Positions 1 to 9,752 of a stretch of DNA of 64,000 nt are shown piece after piece. Source of the stretch: Candidatus Marinacidobacterales bacterium (lineage in GTDB: Bacteria > Acidobacteriota > Vicinamibacteria > Marinacidobacterales > DATDRI01); the NCBI GenBank assembly GCA_965219415.1, contig CBDCNP010000002.1:5120001-5184000 (forward strand). Direction: 5' to 3'. The notes beneath the pieces are model-generated. The model did no database searches. It worked only from the letters and a program-made list of their open reading frames with translations, and was not told where the DNA came from. Each line of letters opens with the position of its first letter. Positions within the stretch are counted from its first letter, which is position 1. The position numbers and the translations under genes were made by a program.

Positions 1-667
1 CAGCCTGGGCTTTCTTGCTGGTCACCACGGGAACAAATAGAAACCGACGTCGAAAGCAAGGTGATCTCATCTCTTGGTCTGACAGCTCTGCATCAAACTC
101 CTGAAGGTATTTGGTCACGTTGGACGGCAACGGATCTACAGTCTCTTCACCAGTCGCAGTGGTTTTAAGGTCGCGAAATTGCAGTGTGAATGAGACTGCT
201 GCACCAAGAGAATGTCGCTCACCGAATAACTTACAGATGTATCGCTCATAGTTGAGACAGCAAGCGAGATAACGTCCTGAGAATTGTTCGTCTGCCCCAG
301 CAGACCGATGATGTTCGATCTCATGGCGTAAACCGATCAAAAAGCGGAGGTTGAGTTTGGTCGGTTGATCTAGCGGACAGACCTCTTCGTTGAGACAGCG
401 CTCTAGCTCCCAGTACTTGAAGGCTCCCGATTTAGTCCGGTCGAATTTACGTCGCTTCGGGCCTTTCTCGTAGTAGCGGTATTCAACTCCTTTGCGCTTG
501 TAATATGCATGCAGGAGGTACGTCCAGGCGATGACCACGAGGACGATGAATGTCTCGGTCTTGAATGTCGTGAGAGGGTTGTTGAATGTCTGGACAGCGT
601 TAAGGGCTGCCTCACGCGACTTGAGGAGGAGTCCTGCCTTCACTGACGGGCCCTTCTTTCTAATCAC
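1..667 (-). CDS. DUF3644-like protein with putative HEPN RxxxxH motif; runs off left edge
   Basis: Manually translated (absent from ORF track): GTG at 667 after GGAGG, MIRKKGPSVKAGLLLKSREAALNAVQTFNNPLTTFKTETFIVLVVIAWTYLLHAYY...IGLRHEIEH..., open to position 1. Confidence 0.75.
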   Translation of the reverse strand, partial: MIRKKGPSVKAGLLLKSREAALNAVQTFNNPLTTFKTETFIVLVVIAWTYLLHAYYKRKGVEYRYYEKGPKRRKFDRTKSGAFKYWELERCLNEEVCPLDQPTKLNLRFLIGLRHEIEHHRSAGADEQFSGRYLACCLNYERYICKLFGERHSLGAAVSFTLQFRDLKTTATGEETVDPLPSNVTKYLQEFDAELSDQEMRSPCFRRRFLFVPVVTSKKAQA

Positions 668-683
668 TTTCCAACCTCCGTTA

Positions 684-815
684 TCACTGGTATTCATCTT
701 CGCCCCAGATGCGGGCGATGGTGGCGAGAATCTTACGCTCGAAGCGGTCGATCAGCTCGCGTTTAGCCGCGAAGATAGCTTGCTCGTTTTCGAGTTCAGC
801 GACAATACCCTGCTG
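684..815 (-). pseudogene. C-terminal remnant of type I R-M methylase/specificity (HsdM-HsdS-like) protein
   Basis: QQGIVAELENEQAIFAAKRELIDRFERKILATIARIWGE resembles the terminal coiled coil of HsdS; the rest of the gene is missing. Confidence 0.55.
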
Positions 816-990
816 CACTGTGACCCGCAAAAAAGAAGATCGCGTATCGGCGGGCAGACAGCCATGAGAGCGACATCCTGCGAACTCGTCTTCGACGCGG
901 TGGAAACTCTGCACGCTGTCGCCGCCGGGCCACCGACGCAATAACGTGCTCAAGAAAGAACGCATCCTTCGCCGCGAGAAGCTAGGTCAG

Positions 991-1165
991 TCAGGCGACG
1001 CGTGACAACCGGTAATCGTGATGGAGCCCACCAAAGACCGGCCTCGAGGCAACGGGGCACTGGTCGGGTAATGGATGTCGGTGCTGGTCCGGTTTCATCG
1101 GAAGCTCGACACAGGTGGGGGAAGGCCTGGCCCGAGCGATGAATGCGGTCTCACCCGATTGTCGT
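991..1165 (-). pseudogene. C-terminal remnant of rve integrase-core transposase
   Basis: PVASRPVFGGLHHDYRLSRVA* matches the family C-terminal signature seen at 9430 and 19695. Confidence 0.6.
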
Positions 1166-1167
1166 TC

Positions 1168-1287
1168 TGTGCCAAAACTCGGCCCAGCCGGCATCGACGA
1201 AAGAACTGCGCCTCTCGAAATCGGGATCAAACTCCGCCCGCGAAAGGGTTACATGACGGCCGCCAACATTTAACTGCGGAAGCACTC
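1168..1287 (-). repeat. Hybrid end unit (IS1-type end fused to rve-family end), copy 1
   Basis: TGTGCCAAAACTCGGCCC...CAACATTTAACTGCGGAAGCACT; homologous to 15635-15750 and 20239-20365. Confidence 0.7.
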
Positions 1288-1309
1288 ATCGGTGGCGTCG
1301 TCGGGTCGA

Positions 1310-1387
1310 CCGGCGCGAAGCAACGACCGATCATGGCAGGTCTAAACCGCGCAATCAACACTGGATCGACTTTTTGCGGAGCACAGG
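1310..1387 (-). repeat. Family-D element end (CCTGTGCTCCGCAAAAAGTCGATCC)
   Basis: Reverse complement of 7821-7895. Confidence 0.7.
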
Positions 1388-1546
1388 TGTGCACGAGTGA
1401 ACTCCTGAGGATTTGAGTAGCGGAACTTGCGCCCGAGTGCGTCTGAACGTAGGCGTGCGCATCTCTGGTTCGGACAGATTCGGATAAGGAGCTACCAGCG
1501 CCCAGCCGTGATAGTCTTCACACTGAACCGAAGAAGAAGAGGTGGC

Positions 1547-1654
1547 ATGAGATGGATACTGGCTCTTGCGTGCGCGCTGGCTGCCGTGGGCTGTAGCGGG
1601 AACACGCGAGTGGAGCCCTTTTTGGGGAACTCGGCGGAATCAGAAAAGGAGTGA
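1547..1654 (+). CDS. Small putative lipoprotein or gene remnant
   Basis: MRWILALACALAAVGC lipobox-like signal after GAGG; stop abuts the RBS of the SPFH gene. Confidence 0.35.
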   Translation: MRWILALACALAAVGCSGNTRVEPFLGNSAESEKE

Positions 1655-1657
1655 GCG

Positions 1658-2428
1658 ATGTTCGGGCTACCTTTGGGTGGGTTTATTGGTCTTATTCTTC
1701 TCGCAATCTTTTTCCTCAACTGGATCAAGGTTCTCAACGAGTACGAGCGAGGAGTCATCTTTCGCTTTGGGAAACTCCTGCCCTACCCGAAGGGGCCGGG
1801 CCTCATTCTCGTCTTCAGTCCCATCGACCGCATGGTGAAGATGAGTCTTCGCCTGGTCGCGCTCGACGTTCCGCCCCAGGATGTGATCATGCGCGACAAC
1901 GTTTCGGTGAAGGTAAACGCGGTGATTTTTTTCCGCGTCGTTCACCCGATCAAAGCGGTGGTCGAGGTGGAGAACTTTCTCCATGCGACTTCTCAGCTTG
2001 CGCAAACGACGCTCCGCAGCGTCCTCGGTCAAGTGGAGCTCGATGATCTCCTATCCGAACGGGAGCGGCTCAACATGCAGCTCCAGGATATCCTAGACAA
2101 ACACACCGACCCGTGGGGCATCAAAGTCACCTCCGTGGAGGTCAAGCACGTCGATCTGCCGGCCGAAATGACGCGCGCGCTGGCCAAGCAGGCGGAGGCG
2201 GAACGGGAGAAGCGAGCCAAGATCATCCACGCCGACGGTGAGTTCGAAGCCTCTGATAAGTTGGCGGCTGCGGCGAAGATCGTCGGCCAACACCCGATGG
2301 GGATCCAGCTACGCTATCTACAGACTCTTACCGAAATCGCAACCGAAAAGAACTCGACGGTCATATTCCCACTTCCGATCGAGCTGATGCAGGAGTTCTT
2401 GAATCGGGCCAAGGGTGGCTCTTCGTAA
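1658..2428 (+). CDS. SPFH/stomatin-like (slipin) membrane protein
   Basis: N-terminal [50 protein letters not shown]. Confidence 0.93.
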   Translation: MFGLPLGGFIGLILLAIFFLNWIKVLNEYERGVIFRFGKLLPYPKGPGLILVFSPIDRMVKMSLRLVALDVPPQDVIMRDNVSVKVNAVIFFRVVHPIKAVVEVENFLHATSQLAQTTLRSVLGQVELDDLLSERERLNMQLQDILDKHTDPWGIKVTSVEVKHVDLPAEMTRALAKQAEAEREKRAKIIHADGEFEASDKLAAAAKIVGQHPMGIQLRYLQTLTEIATEKNSTVIFPLPIELMQEFLNRAKGGSS

Positions 2429-2465
2429 GGGGGACGTTTGTCGGAAGTTGGCCTCGTCTAATGAC

Positions 2466-2524
2466 ATGACGATGCAGGACGAGGAACTCAGCATACGGGG
2501 CTCGCTCTCGGAGTCTAGCCTCCA
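2466..2524 (+). pseudogene. Truncated 5' start of a DUF4388-like gene
   Basis: MTMQDEELSIRGSLSESSL then abrupt switch to rve-element sequence. Confidence 0.3.
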
Positions 2525-2617
2525 CAAGGTATCGTCAAGTTAAGCAGAACCGGCGTGCTCATGACCGAGGATTTTAACCCCGTCCTGTGCCAAAACTCGG
2601 CCCTTTTGAAATAGACC

Positions 2618-2782
2618 GGTGCTTCCGCCATTAAGTGTTGGTGAGATGACGCTAAGACTTTACGCTGCATTAAATTACAGCCAAAATAGCGCTCACGACC
2701 TTCGCCGCGCGCTAAATGGAGCGTAAGCACTTTTTTGCAACGAGATACGTACACGTCACCAACAGCAAACAGCGCAAGCACC
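2618..2782 (+). mobile_element. IS1-derived MITE (family A), copy 1; preceded by an rve-family end at 2579
   Basis: Bipartite TIR GGTGCTT(C/G)CGC-N-TGTTGGTGA, same terminus as IS1 element at 49728. Confidence 0.85.
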
Positions 2783-2944
2783 TGCAGCGTGTCCGAGTTC
2801 TGTGCAGCGTGTCCGAGGTCAAGCTCGTGATCATCATTACTCGGACATCGCAAGAACGTCTACCGTAGGTTGGAGTTTCCTGTCGTATCGCATTCGTCTT
2901 CTCGTGGCCCGTTGAGATAGGGTACGACGCGAACACTCCCGGAG

Positions 2945-5935
2945 GTGGCGATCTCGATGAGGGTTTCACTCTGGACACTCGCTGTCAGCGCGACGATGTG
3001 TGGCGCGCTTCTCGGGCAAACGCGGGTGGAATTTCACTTACTTCCTGCCGTTTCTACCGGGCCGCTCTCTCCGAGCTGGAGCCCCGACGGGCGCTCGCTT
3101 GCCTTCTCTATGCGCGGCGACATTTGGACCATTCCAGCCGAAGGGGGTGAAGCCGTAGCGCTTACCGAAGGTCCGGCCTATCACTTCGAGCCGGCCTTCA
3201 GTCCAGACGGCAGCAGTGTAGCGCTCACCATGGACATCGACGGTAACCTCGACATCGGGATCGTTGACGCCACTGGTGGGGCGGTGGAGCGGCTCACGAA
3301 CGACCCGGAGGTGGACGTCGAGCCCAGTTGGAGTCCCGACGGCAAGAGTTTGTACTTCGTCAGTCGAAGGAGCGGGAGTTTGGACATTTACCGTCTGGGG
3401 CTGACGACAAGAGAACTCACGCCGGTCGTCTCTGGACCTCGCAACGAGTTTCAACCCGCGGTGTCACCCAATGGCCGCTCTCTCGCCTACGTCGCCCCGG
3501 TCCGAGGGCGAAGCGGCTCGGGTGGCATTTGGGTCATGCCGTTGCCGTCGGGGGAGCCTCGGCTGGCGCACTACGAAGAGACGAGCTATCGGGTAACGCC
3601 GAGCTGGTCTCCTGACGGGAGCACGTTAACCTACTCGAGTGATGCGGCGGGCTCGAACGACATCGCTATCGTTCCGTCGAAGGGGGGAAACAGAGCTCGA
3701 CTCACCGAAGATCCGCTCGATGAGTTCGACGTCGCGGTGAGCCCGGACGGGTCCAAAATCGCGTTCGTGTCTAACCGAGGAGGCCCGACGAGTCTCTTCA
3801 CGCTCTCGTCGGCGGGTGGCGCGTCGAGCACCTGGAAACGGGTGAACATCGAATCGCGTCGTCCGCGATATCCAACCGGTCGCGTGCGAGGCGTCGTCCG
3901 CAAACCCGATGGCAACGTGGTGCCGGCGCGCGTGATGCTAACCGCGAGCGACGGTCGTGGATACACGGAAGACGGCGGGTTTCACCGGATGGTATGGTCC
4001 ACAGGAATCCACTACCAGCACACCAGCGGCTCCTTCGAGGTTGAGATGCCCGCGGGCCCGGCCATCGTCGAAGCGATGCGGGGATTCGAGTTTCTTCCCG
4101 CCAAGGTGACCGTCGACGTTCCGACGTCCGGTGTCGCTGAGGTGGAGCTTGCGCTGAGTCGAATCACCGATCCTCGGGCGAGCGGGTGGTACTCCGGAGA
4201 CACCCACACGCACGATCTCCACGAGGGTCGGTTCGGGCTTACCCAAGAGAGCTTTTTCCATCAACTGGTCGCCGACGATGTCCACGTCGCGAACGCACTC
4301 ATCCACATGGATGGAACGAAGTTGATGGGCCGGTGGGACGATCTCACCGGGGAAGAGTACGAGCTCTCGACCGATGAGCACATTCTTCGCTACTCGCAAG
4401 AATTCCGCGGTTCGTTTGGTCACGTGGCTCTCTTGGGAGTGACTGAGTTCATCATGCCCCTCATCGGAGGTGCTTCGAATACACCGTACGCCTCCGACGT
4501 GCTGAAAGTTCGGCACATCGATTCCGTGCACGAGCAAGGCGGTATTGCCGGGTTCGTCCATCCGTACAACGCCGAGGTCAAAACACCTGCGGATGCCGCC
4601 ACCGCCGATATCGCGGTGCATGTGGCGCTGGGCAGGGGCGATTTCTTCGACGTGGTCTCGATCGCCTCCCGGGAGATGGACTCGGCCAACGTGTACTACA
4701 AGCTGTTGAACTCCGGCTTTCGCATCGCGGCGACGGGAGGCACCGACAACTTCTCCGACGTTTGGTACGACCCGTCCGGAGGAACGGCCAGAACCTACGC
4801 CCGCGTCGAAGGCGCTCTGAGCTTCGATGGTTGGTTGTCCGCCGCGAAGGCGGGGCGCACGTTCGGGACGAGTGGGCCACTACTCTTCCTCACCGTGGAA
4901 GGCCACGAGCCCGGCGATGAGATCCGGCTGAGCGCCGAGGACTCCGCGTCCCCTCGGGTCCGAGTCAACGTCGCTTCGATAGCACCTCTCGACACTGTAG
5001 AGGTCGTCGTCAACGGCGAGATCGTTCACACCTGGCGTCCGAGCGGAGACGGACCCAACTGGGAGCTCGAGACCACCGTCAACGTTCCGGGAAGTGCTTG
5101 GATCGCGGCGCGGGCGACGGGCCCACCGAGCCCTTACGTCGGGGATATCTTTCCCTTCGCGCAAACTTCGCCCATCTACGTCGTTCGCGACGGCCGGCAT
5201 TTCACGTCGGCGAGCGATGCTCGGTTTCTGCTCGAATCCGTCGACGAGCTATGGCGGCGGGTCCAGGAGCGGAACTCCTGGACGAACGAAGAGCAAAAGC
5301 GAGCGTACCGAGAGGGTGTCGAGGGAGCGCGGGCAGCCTATCGACGAGTTCTTCTGCTCCACCCAGACGACGATGCGTTCCAAGAGCCTGCCCCGGAGCA
5401 ATCCCGCATTCGGCTACGAACCAGCGAGGGCGATATCGTGATCGAGCTTCACCGTGACTGGTCGCCTCATGGTGTGGACCGTTTCTACAACCTCGTTCGT
5501 TACGGCTACTACGACGACACGCGTTTTTTTCGAGTACGGGAGGCGGACTTCGCTCAATTCGGGATCCACGGCGATCCCGAGGTCTCCCAGCGGTGGCGAA
5601 GCGAGCGCATCCCCGACGATCCAGTGGTCGTGAGCAATCGGCGTGGGCGTGTTGCGTTCGCGATGGGCTATGAGCCAAACGACCGCACGACGCAAATCTT
5701 CATCAGTCTGAAGGACAAGGCCGAGCTCGACGACACGCGTTTCGCACCGATCGGCGAGGTCGTCGAGGGCATGGCGGTGGCCGATGCGATCTTCTCAGGC
5801 TATGGAGAGTCCGCCGGGGGTGGAATTCGGGGAGGGAAGCAAGATCCGATGTTCGAGGGCGGAAACGCTCACCTCGACGAGAACTTCCCGGAACTCGACA
5901 GAATCGCGGAGGCGCGCATGATCGAGCGCCGCTGA
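2945..5935 (+). CDS. Secreted TolB-like PD40-repeat + CehA/McbA (PHP-like) metallohydrolase + C-terminal cyclophilin-type PPIase fusion
   Basis: Signal peptide, repeated P(S/A)(W/F)SPDG, GDTHTH, GTD, then SPHGVDRFYNLV..FFRV..AQFG..RTTQIFI..FAPIGEVVEGM; start may be ATG 2957. Confidence 0.85.
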   Translation: MAISMRVSLWTLAVSATMCGALLGQTRVEFHLLPAVSTGPLSPSWSPDGRSLAFSMRGDIWTIPAEGGEAVALTEGPAYHFEPAFSPDGSSVALTMDIDGNLDIGIVDATGGAVERLTNDPEVDVEPSWSPDGKSLYFVSRRSGSLDIYRLGLTTRELTPVVSGPRNEFQPAVSPNGRSLAYVAPVRGRSGSGGIWVMPLPSGEPRLAHYEETSYRVTPSWSPDGSTLTYSSDAAGSNDIAIVPSKGGNRARLTEDPLDEFDVAVSPDGSKIAFVSNRGGPTSLFTLSSAGGASSTWKRVNIESRRPRYPTGRVRGVVRKPDGNVVPARVMLTASDGRGYTEDGGFHRMVWSTGIHYQHTSGSFEVEMPAGPAIVEAMRGFEFLPAKVTVDVPTSGVAEVELALSRITDPRASGWYSGDTHTHDLHEGRFGLTQESFFHQLVADDVHVANALIHMDGTKLMGRWDDLTGEEYELSTDEHILRYSQEFRGSFGHVALLGVTEFIMPLIGGASNTPYASDVLKVRHIDSVHEQGGIAGFVHPYNAEVKTPADAATADIAVHVALGRGDFFDVVSIASREMDSANVYYKLLNSGFRIAATGGTDNFSDVWYDPSGGTARTYARVEGALSFDGWLSAAKAGRTFGTSGPLLFLTVEGHEPGDEIRLSAEDSASPRVRVNVASIAPLDTVEVVVNGEIVHTWRPSGDGPNWELETTVNVPGSAWIAARATGPPSPYVGDIFPFAQTSPIYVVRDGRHFTSASDARFLLESVDELWRRVQERNSWTNEEQKRAYREGVEGARAAYRRVLLLHPDDDAFQEPAPEQSRIRLRTSEGDIVIELHRDWSPHGVDRFYNLVRYGYYDDTRFFRVREADFAQFGIHGDPEVSQRWRSERIPDDPVVVSNRRGRVAFAMGYEPNDRTTQIFISLKDKAELDDTRFAPIGEVVEGMAVADAIFSGYGESAGGGIRGGKQDPMFEGGNAHLDENFPELDRIAEARMIERR

Positions 5936-6133
5936 CTCACAGCGCTCGCTTCACGTACTCCGCGGACACGACGCGTCACAAACGCACTCAAGACCCACGC
6001 GCCGGGACGTTCTGGGATGATTTTGCCGGGGGTGCGCACGGCTGGCCTGATGGGTGGTGGGGCACGCCACGGGCGCGGAACGGCCCCCCGAGGCCGAGAC
6101 GGGACTGGACTTTGCCGGGGAGAAGAGCACCTG

Positions 6134-6655
6134 CTAGTGGTTTGAGAGGGGATTGAACAGCGGCACCGAGGAGCCACACTGCCGCGCGTGCACCACCTTC
6201 TCGTACTCTTCTCTGGGGACGGACGGTCCCTGTCGAGAGCAGTACTTGTCGAAAGCTTCGGTTAGGTTCTGCGCCACCATCTCGTCGTTCATCATCTCTA
6301 TATGCCGTCGCTCAAGCATGTGCACCAGTTCGCCGTCCTTGAAAAGGGCCACCGACGGTGAGCTTGGAGCAACGTCGACCATGTGCTCCCTAGCGCGCTC
6401 CGTGGCCTCACGGTCCACGCCGGCGAAGACCGTCGTGAGGTGATCGGGAATTGTGCTGTGTTGCAGGGCGCGAGTCACACCCGGGCGCGCCGAGCCGGCA
6501 GCACATCCACAAACCGAGTTCACCACCACGAGCGTTGTCCCGGGCCTCTTCAAGGCCTCGTCGACGTTCTCTCTTGTTTGCACGGGCTCCACCCCGCATT
6601 GGGCAAGCTCCTCCCACATGGGCCGAACACCCTCAAGATCGTAAAGTGGCTGCAT
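6134..6655 (-). CDS. BrxA/BrxB-family bacilliredoxin, copy 1
   Basis: VNSVCGCAAGSARPG, TVFAGVDREAT, PSSPSVALFKDG. Confidence 0.9.
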   Translation of the reverse strand: MQPLYDLEGVRPMWEELAQCGVEPVQTRENVDEALKRPGTTLVVVNSVCGCAAGSARPGVTRALQHSTIPDHLTTVFAGVDREATERAREHMVDVAPSSPSVALFKDGELVHMLERRHIEMMNDEMVAQNLTEAFDKYCSRQGPSVPREEYEKVVHARQCGSSVPLFNPLSNH

Positions 6656-6667
6656 TTGTCTCTCCTC

Positions 6668-6777
6668 GGTGCTTGCGCTGTTTACTGTTGGTGATGTGTA
6701 CGCATCCCTTTGTAAAAGAGGCGCTTACGCTCCATTTACCGCGCAGCGAAGGTCACGAGCGCTATTTTAGCTGTAAC
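6668..6777 (-). mobile_element. Family-A MITE, partial
   Basis: GGTGCTTGCGCTGTTTACTGTTGGTGA... to CTGTAA; one end lost. Confidence 0.8.
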
Positions 6778-7273
6778 TCTGCACAGAGTGACAGGAGGGA
6801 TACTACGTGAGGGTGCTTGGTGGGCGTCAAGAGCGCCGTGGTGGAAGTTCCTATCGGGACATTACGTTTCCCGCTCATATTTTTTTAGTCAACTAGGTTG
6901 TTACCCTGAGTTCCACCACTTGACGATGCGCTACCGCTTTTTGTTGGCCGAGGTCTGTCAAGTTGACGAAAAACTAGCTGACCGACCCCCAAGATACTGG
7001 GCTCGAGCCCGTCGTGAACCTGCTATGTTGGGCATCAGGAACGGCTGTCAGCCTCAACTTGACAGTACCCTTACGATGGCTACTCTCGCGACGCTGTTCG
7101 ACATCTAGGTGCCGCGGAACAGGAGGGAGAGACGCCAAGATCGGGATGCGTGCCACGATGCACCGGGACTTCGGCGCTCGGGACCTCGGTCCGGCAGCTA
7201 TGGCCGCGGCTATTCCATAGAATCCGTGGCGCTACGGCCCCATGCCGGATGTAGGCTGAGCGAACCAAGTGGT

Positions 7274-7329
7274 TGTGCTCCGCAAAAAGTCGATCCAGCG
7301 GTACGCGATCTTCTTTTTTGCGGAGCACC
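7274..7329. repeat. Family-D micro-MITE (~56 bp)
   Basis: GTGCTCCGCAAAAA...TTTTTGCGGAGCAC inverted ends; near-identical to 9649-9709. Confidence 0.75.
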
Positions 7330-7339
7330 GGAGGGTTAG

Positions 7340-7813
7340 ATGAAAAACCTAGCAGGATTTCTTCTAATTGTATTGGTGGCTTGCGGGGCGTCTACCCCGT
7401 CAAAGCAAGCGGCCGATTTCCTGAACCATGCGGCGTCATGTATCGACAAAAAGAGGGATGCAATTCTCGACCACTTGAACTCCAGCCAGGATGCGCTCAG
7501 GGAGCTTTCGGCCGACTTTTTCAGAGACAAATCAGAACAGGATTCAATGCCATCAGAGGAAGAGATCCCATCTCTTCAGTTCGAAGAACTCTGCGATATT
7601 GACTTAGACAACCTGACGGAAGAAGCCAGGGCCATCGTCGAATCCAAAGGCAAGCAGCTAGCGGCCAAGGTAATGCCGGTTATTTTTGGGGCAGCATTTT
7701 CAAGCCTTTCTGGAGATGCTGGAGACGCCAATGAAACCGTTCTTGATACAGTGATATCGGCCCTACGCGACGCCAGCGAGGAAATTCTGGAGGACGAGAA
7801 AAACGGAAACTGA
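7340..7813 (+). CDS. Hypothetical acidic lipoprotein
   Basis: GGAGG RBS, MKNLAGFLLIVLVAC lipobox; flanked by family-D ends. Confidence 0.7.
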   Translation: MKNLAGFLLIVLVACGASTPSKQAADFLNHAASCIDKKRDAILDHLNSSQDALRELSADFFRDKSEQDSMPSEEEIPSLQFEELCDIDLDNLTEEARAIVESKGKQLAAKVMPVIFGAAFSSLSGDAGDANETVLDTVISALRDASEEILEDEKNGN

Positions 7814-7820
7814 TTTTAGG

Positions 7821-8241
7821 CCTGTGCTCCGCAAAAAGTCGATCCGTCGTTGATTCTCCAGTTTAGACCTGCCAGGATTGGCCGTTTCGCGGCGAACGGA
7901 TGAGGTAATCCGACGTCATTGTGAGCGTCGTGTCCAAAAACACAAACGGACTCAAGACCGGCGCGTCTGGACATTTCGGAGTAGACGTGTCTAGGCTTGG
8001 TTCGCCCATGGAAGCTAGAATCCTAGGTTATGAGTAGGCCGAGCCCGTCGTGTGCCGAAACTTGATCCACTGGCAACGTTACAAGCGAGCAGTTGACGTG
8101 GCGTGGACGGTGGGGCCCGCGATAATCATTGAGCAGACCTAACCTTATGAGCGGGTCGTCACCTTGCAGACGACCACCTAATCGAGAGCGAATATCCAAG
8201 CGTGTTCTCGAAGCTGTGGTTCCACGCCACGCCGACACAAG
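7821..8241. repeat. Cluster of stacked element ends (family D at 7821, rve left end at 7925, rve right end at 8044)
   Basis: 7925-8040 resembles 8242-8355; 8044-8235 resembles 28956-29145. Confidence 0.75.
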
Positions 8242-9593
8242 CCCGTCGTGTCCAAAAATACAAACGAACTCAAGACCAGCTCGCCGAGACGTTTCGGAAT
8301 AGACGTATCTACGCTTGATTGGCCAATGGGAGCTAGAATCCTCGGTCATGAGCACGCCGGTCCAGCCCTTGACCTTGTTGGTCGTCGCCATCGCTGGTTG
8401 GCTCCAGCGTGACCAACAGGCCGCTATCGTTTACTTGCTTGAGGAGAACAAAGTCCTCAAAGCTCGGCTTCGCGGGAGGAAGCTACGTCTCACAGACGAC
8501 GAGCGACGTCGGCTGGCGGTAAAGGGTAAGGCGCTTGGCCGGAAACTCTTGGCAGAAGTCGCCGATATCGTCACACCGGAAACCCTTCTGGCTTGGCACC
8601 GAAGGCTCATTGCGCGAAAGTGGAACTATAGCGAGCGGCGGAAACAGCTCGGACGGCCCCGGGTCATGGCCGAGATTAGCAAGCTTGTCGTAGGGATGGC
8701 GAAGTCGAATCCGAGGTGGGGGTATACACGCATTCGCGGCGCCCTCTCGAATCTCGGCCATACCGTAGCCAGGAGCACCATCGCCAATATTCTCCGAAAA
8801 CATGGCATCGAGCCCGCGCCGGAGCGAGGTGAGCGAACGCCGTGGCGCACGTTTCTCGCCGCCCATTGGGAAACCGTTGCTGCGACCGACTTCTTCACCG
8901 TCGAGGTCGCCACAGTTCGCAGGCTCGTGACCTACTATGTGCTCGTCGTCATCGAGCTGTCTTCGCGAAAAGTGCACATTGCCGGAATCACTCCCGGGCC
9001 AGATGGCCCGTTCATGATGCAGGTCGGTCGGAATCTCACCGACCCATTCGACGGCTTTCTGCGCGGCAAGCACTTGCTCATCCTGGACCGCGACAAGAAG
9101 TTCACCACAGAGTTCAGCGATTTGCTCGAGCACGCCGGAACTGACGTCATGCGGCTGCCGCACCGTTCGCAGAATCTGAACGCTTACGTCGAAAGGTTTG
9201 TTTTGTCGATCAAGAGCGAGTGCTTGGAGCGGATGATCTTCTTCAGTGAGCAATCGCTGCGCCGTGCCGTCGCTGAGTTCATCCATCATTATCACGGAGA
9301 GCGCAACCATCAAGGGCTGGGGAACGCGTTGCTCGAAGCGGAAGAATGCGTCGGTAGTGCCCACGGGAAGGTGCGATGTCGTAAGCGATTGGGCGGCTTG
9401 CTCAGCTATTACCACCGCGACGCCGCATAGGAGTTCGGGCGTGCCAGTTGGACGAAACGGATGGTCTGGAGGAGAGGGCTGCTCGGGAGCGCCTATCGCA
9501 GAGCCAGTGCCGCGTCGGCGGGTCTCCGCGAATCTCGAGAACGCCTCCAGGATTCGAGCTTTCGGCTACGTTCGCTTTTTCGGACACGACGGG
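8242..9593 (+). mobile_element. Complete rve/integrase-core IS-like element (variant B1)
   Basis: TIR CCCGTCGTGTCCAAAAA / TTTTTCGGACACGACGGG around one transposase; no TSD visible. Confidence 0.85.
8348..9430 (+). CDS. rve (DDE) transposase with N-terminal HTH
   Basis: NPRWGYTRIRG, ATDFF, LDRD, NAYVERF, RLGGLLSYYHRDAA. Confidence 0.9.
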   Translation: MSTPVQPLTLLVVAIAGWLQRDQQAAIVYLLEENKVLKARLRGRKLRLTDDERRRLAVKGKALGRKLLAEVADIVTPETLLAWHRRLIARKWNYSERRKQLGRPRVMAEISKLVVGMAKSNPRWGYTRIRGALSNLGHTVARSTIANILRKHGIEPAPERGERTPWRTFLAAHWETVAATDFFTVEVATVRRLVTYYVLVVIELSSRKVHIAGITPGPDGPFMMQVGRNLTDPFDGFLRGKHLLILDRDKKFTTEFSDLLEHAGTDVMRLPHRSQNLNAYVERFVLSIKSECLERMIFFSEQSLRRAVAEFIHHYHGERNHQGLGNALLEAEECVGSAHGKVRCRKRLGGLLSYYHRDAA

Positions 9594-9648
9594 GCTGTTG
9601 TTCCCCGCCCGTGGCGTGTCCCACCACCCATCCGGTCAGCCGTGCGCA

Positions 9649-9709
9649 CCTGTGCTCCGCAAAAAGTCGATCCAGCGGTACGCGATCTTCTTTTTTTGCG
9701 GATCACAGG
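9649..9709. repeat. Family-D micro-MITE (61 bp)
   Basis: CCTGTGCTCCGCAAAAA...TTTTTGCGGATCACAGG. Confidence 0.75.
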
Positions 9710-9752
9710 TCGACCGGAGCTGGCCGGTCTTGGCTGGAAACCAATGAGAAAC

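Noticed and set aside
7274-9709. Palindromic repeats as integron attC sites
   Set aside because: No RYYYAAC/GTTRRRY cores and no tyrosine integrase in the window
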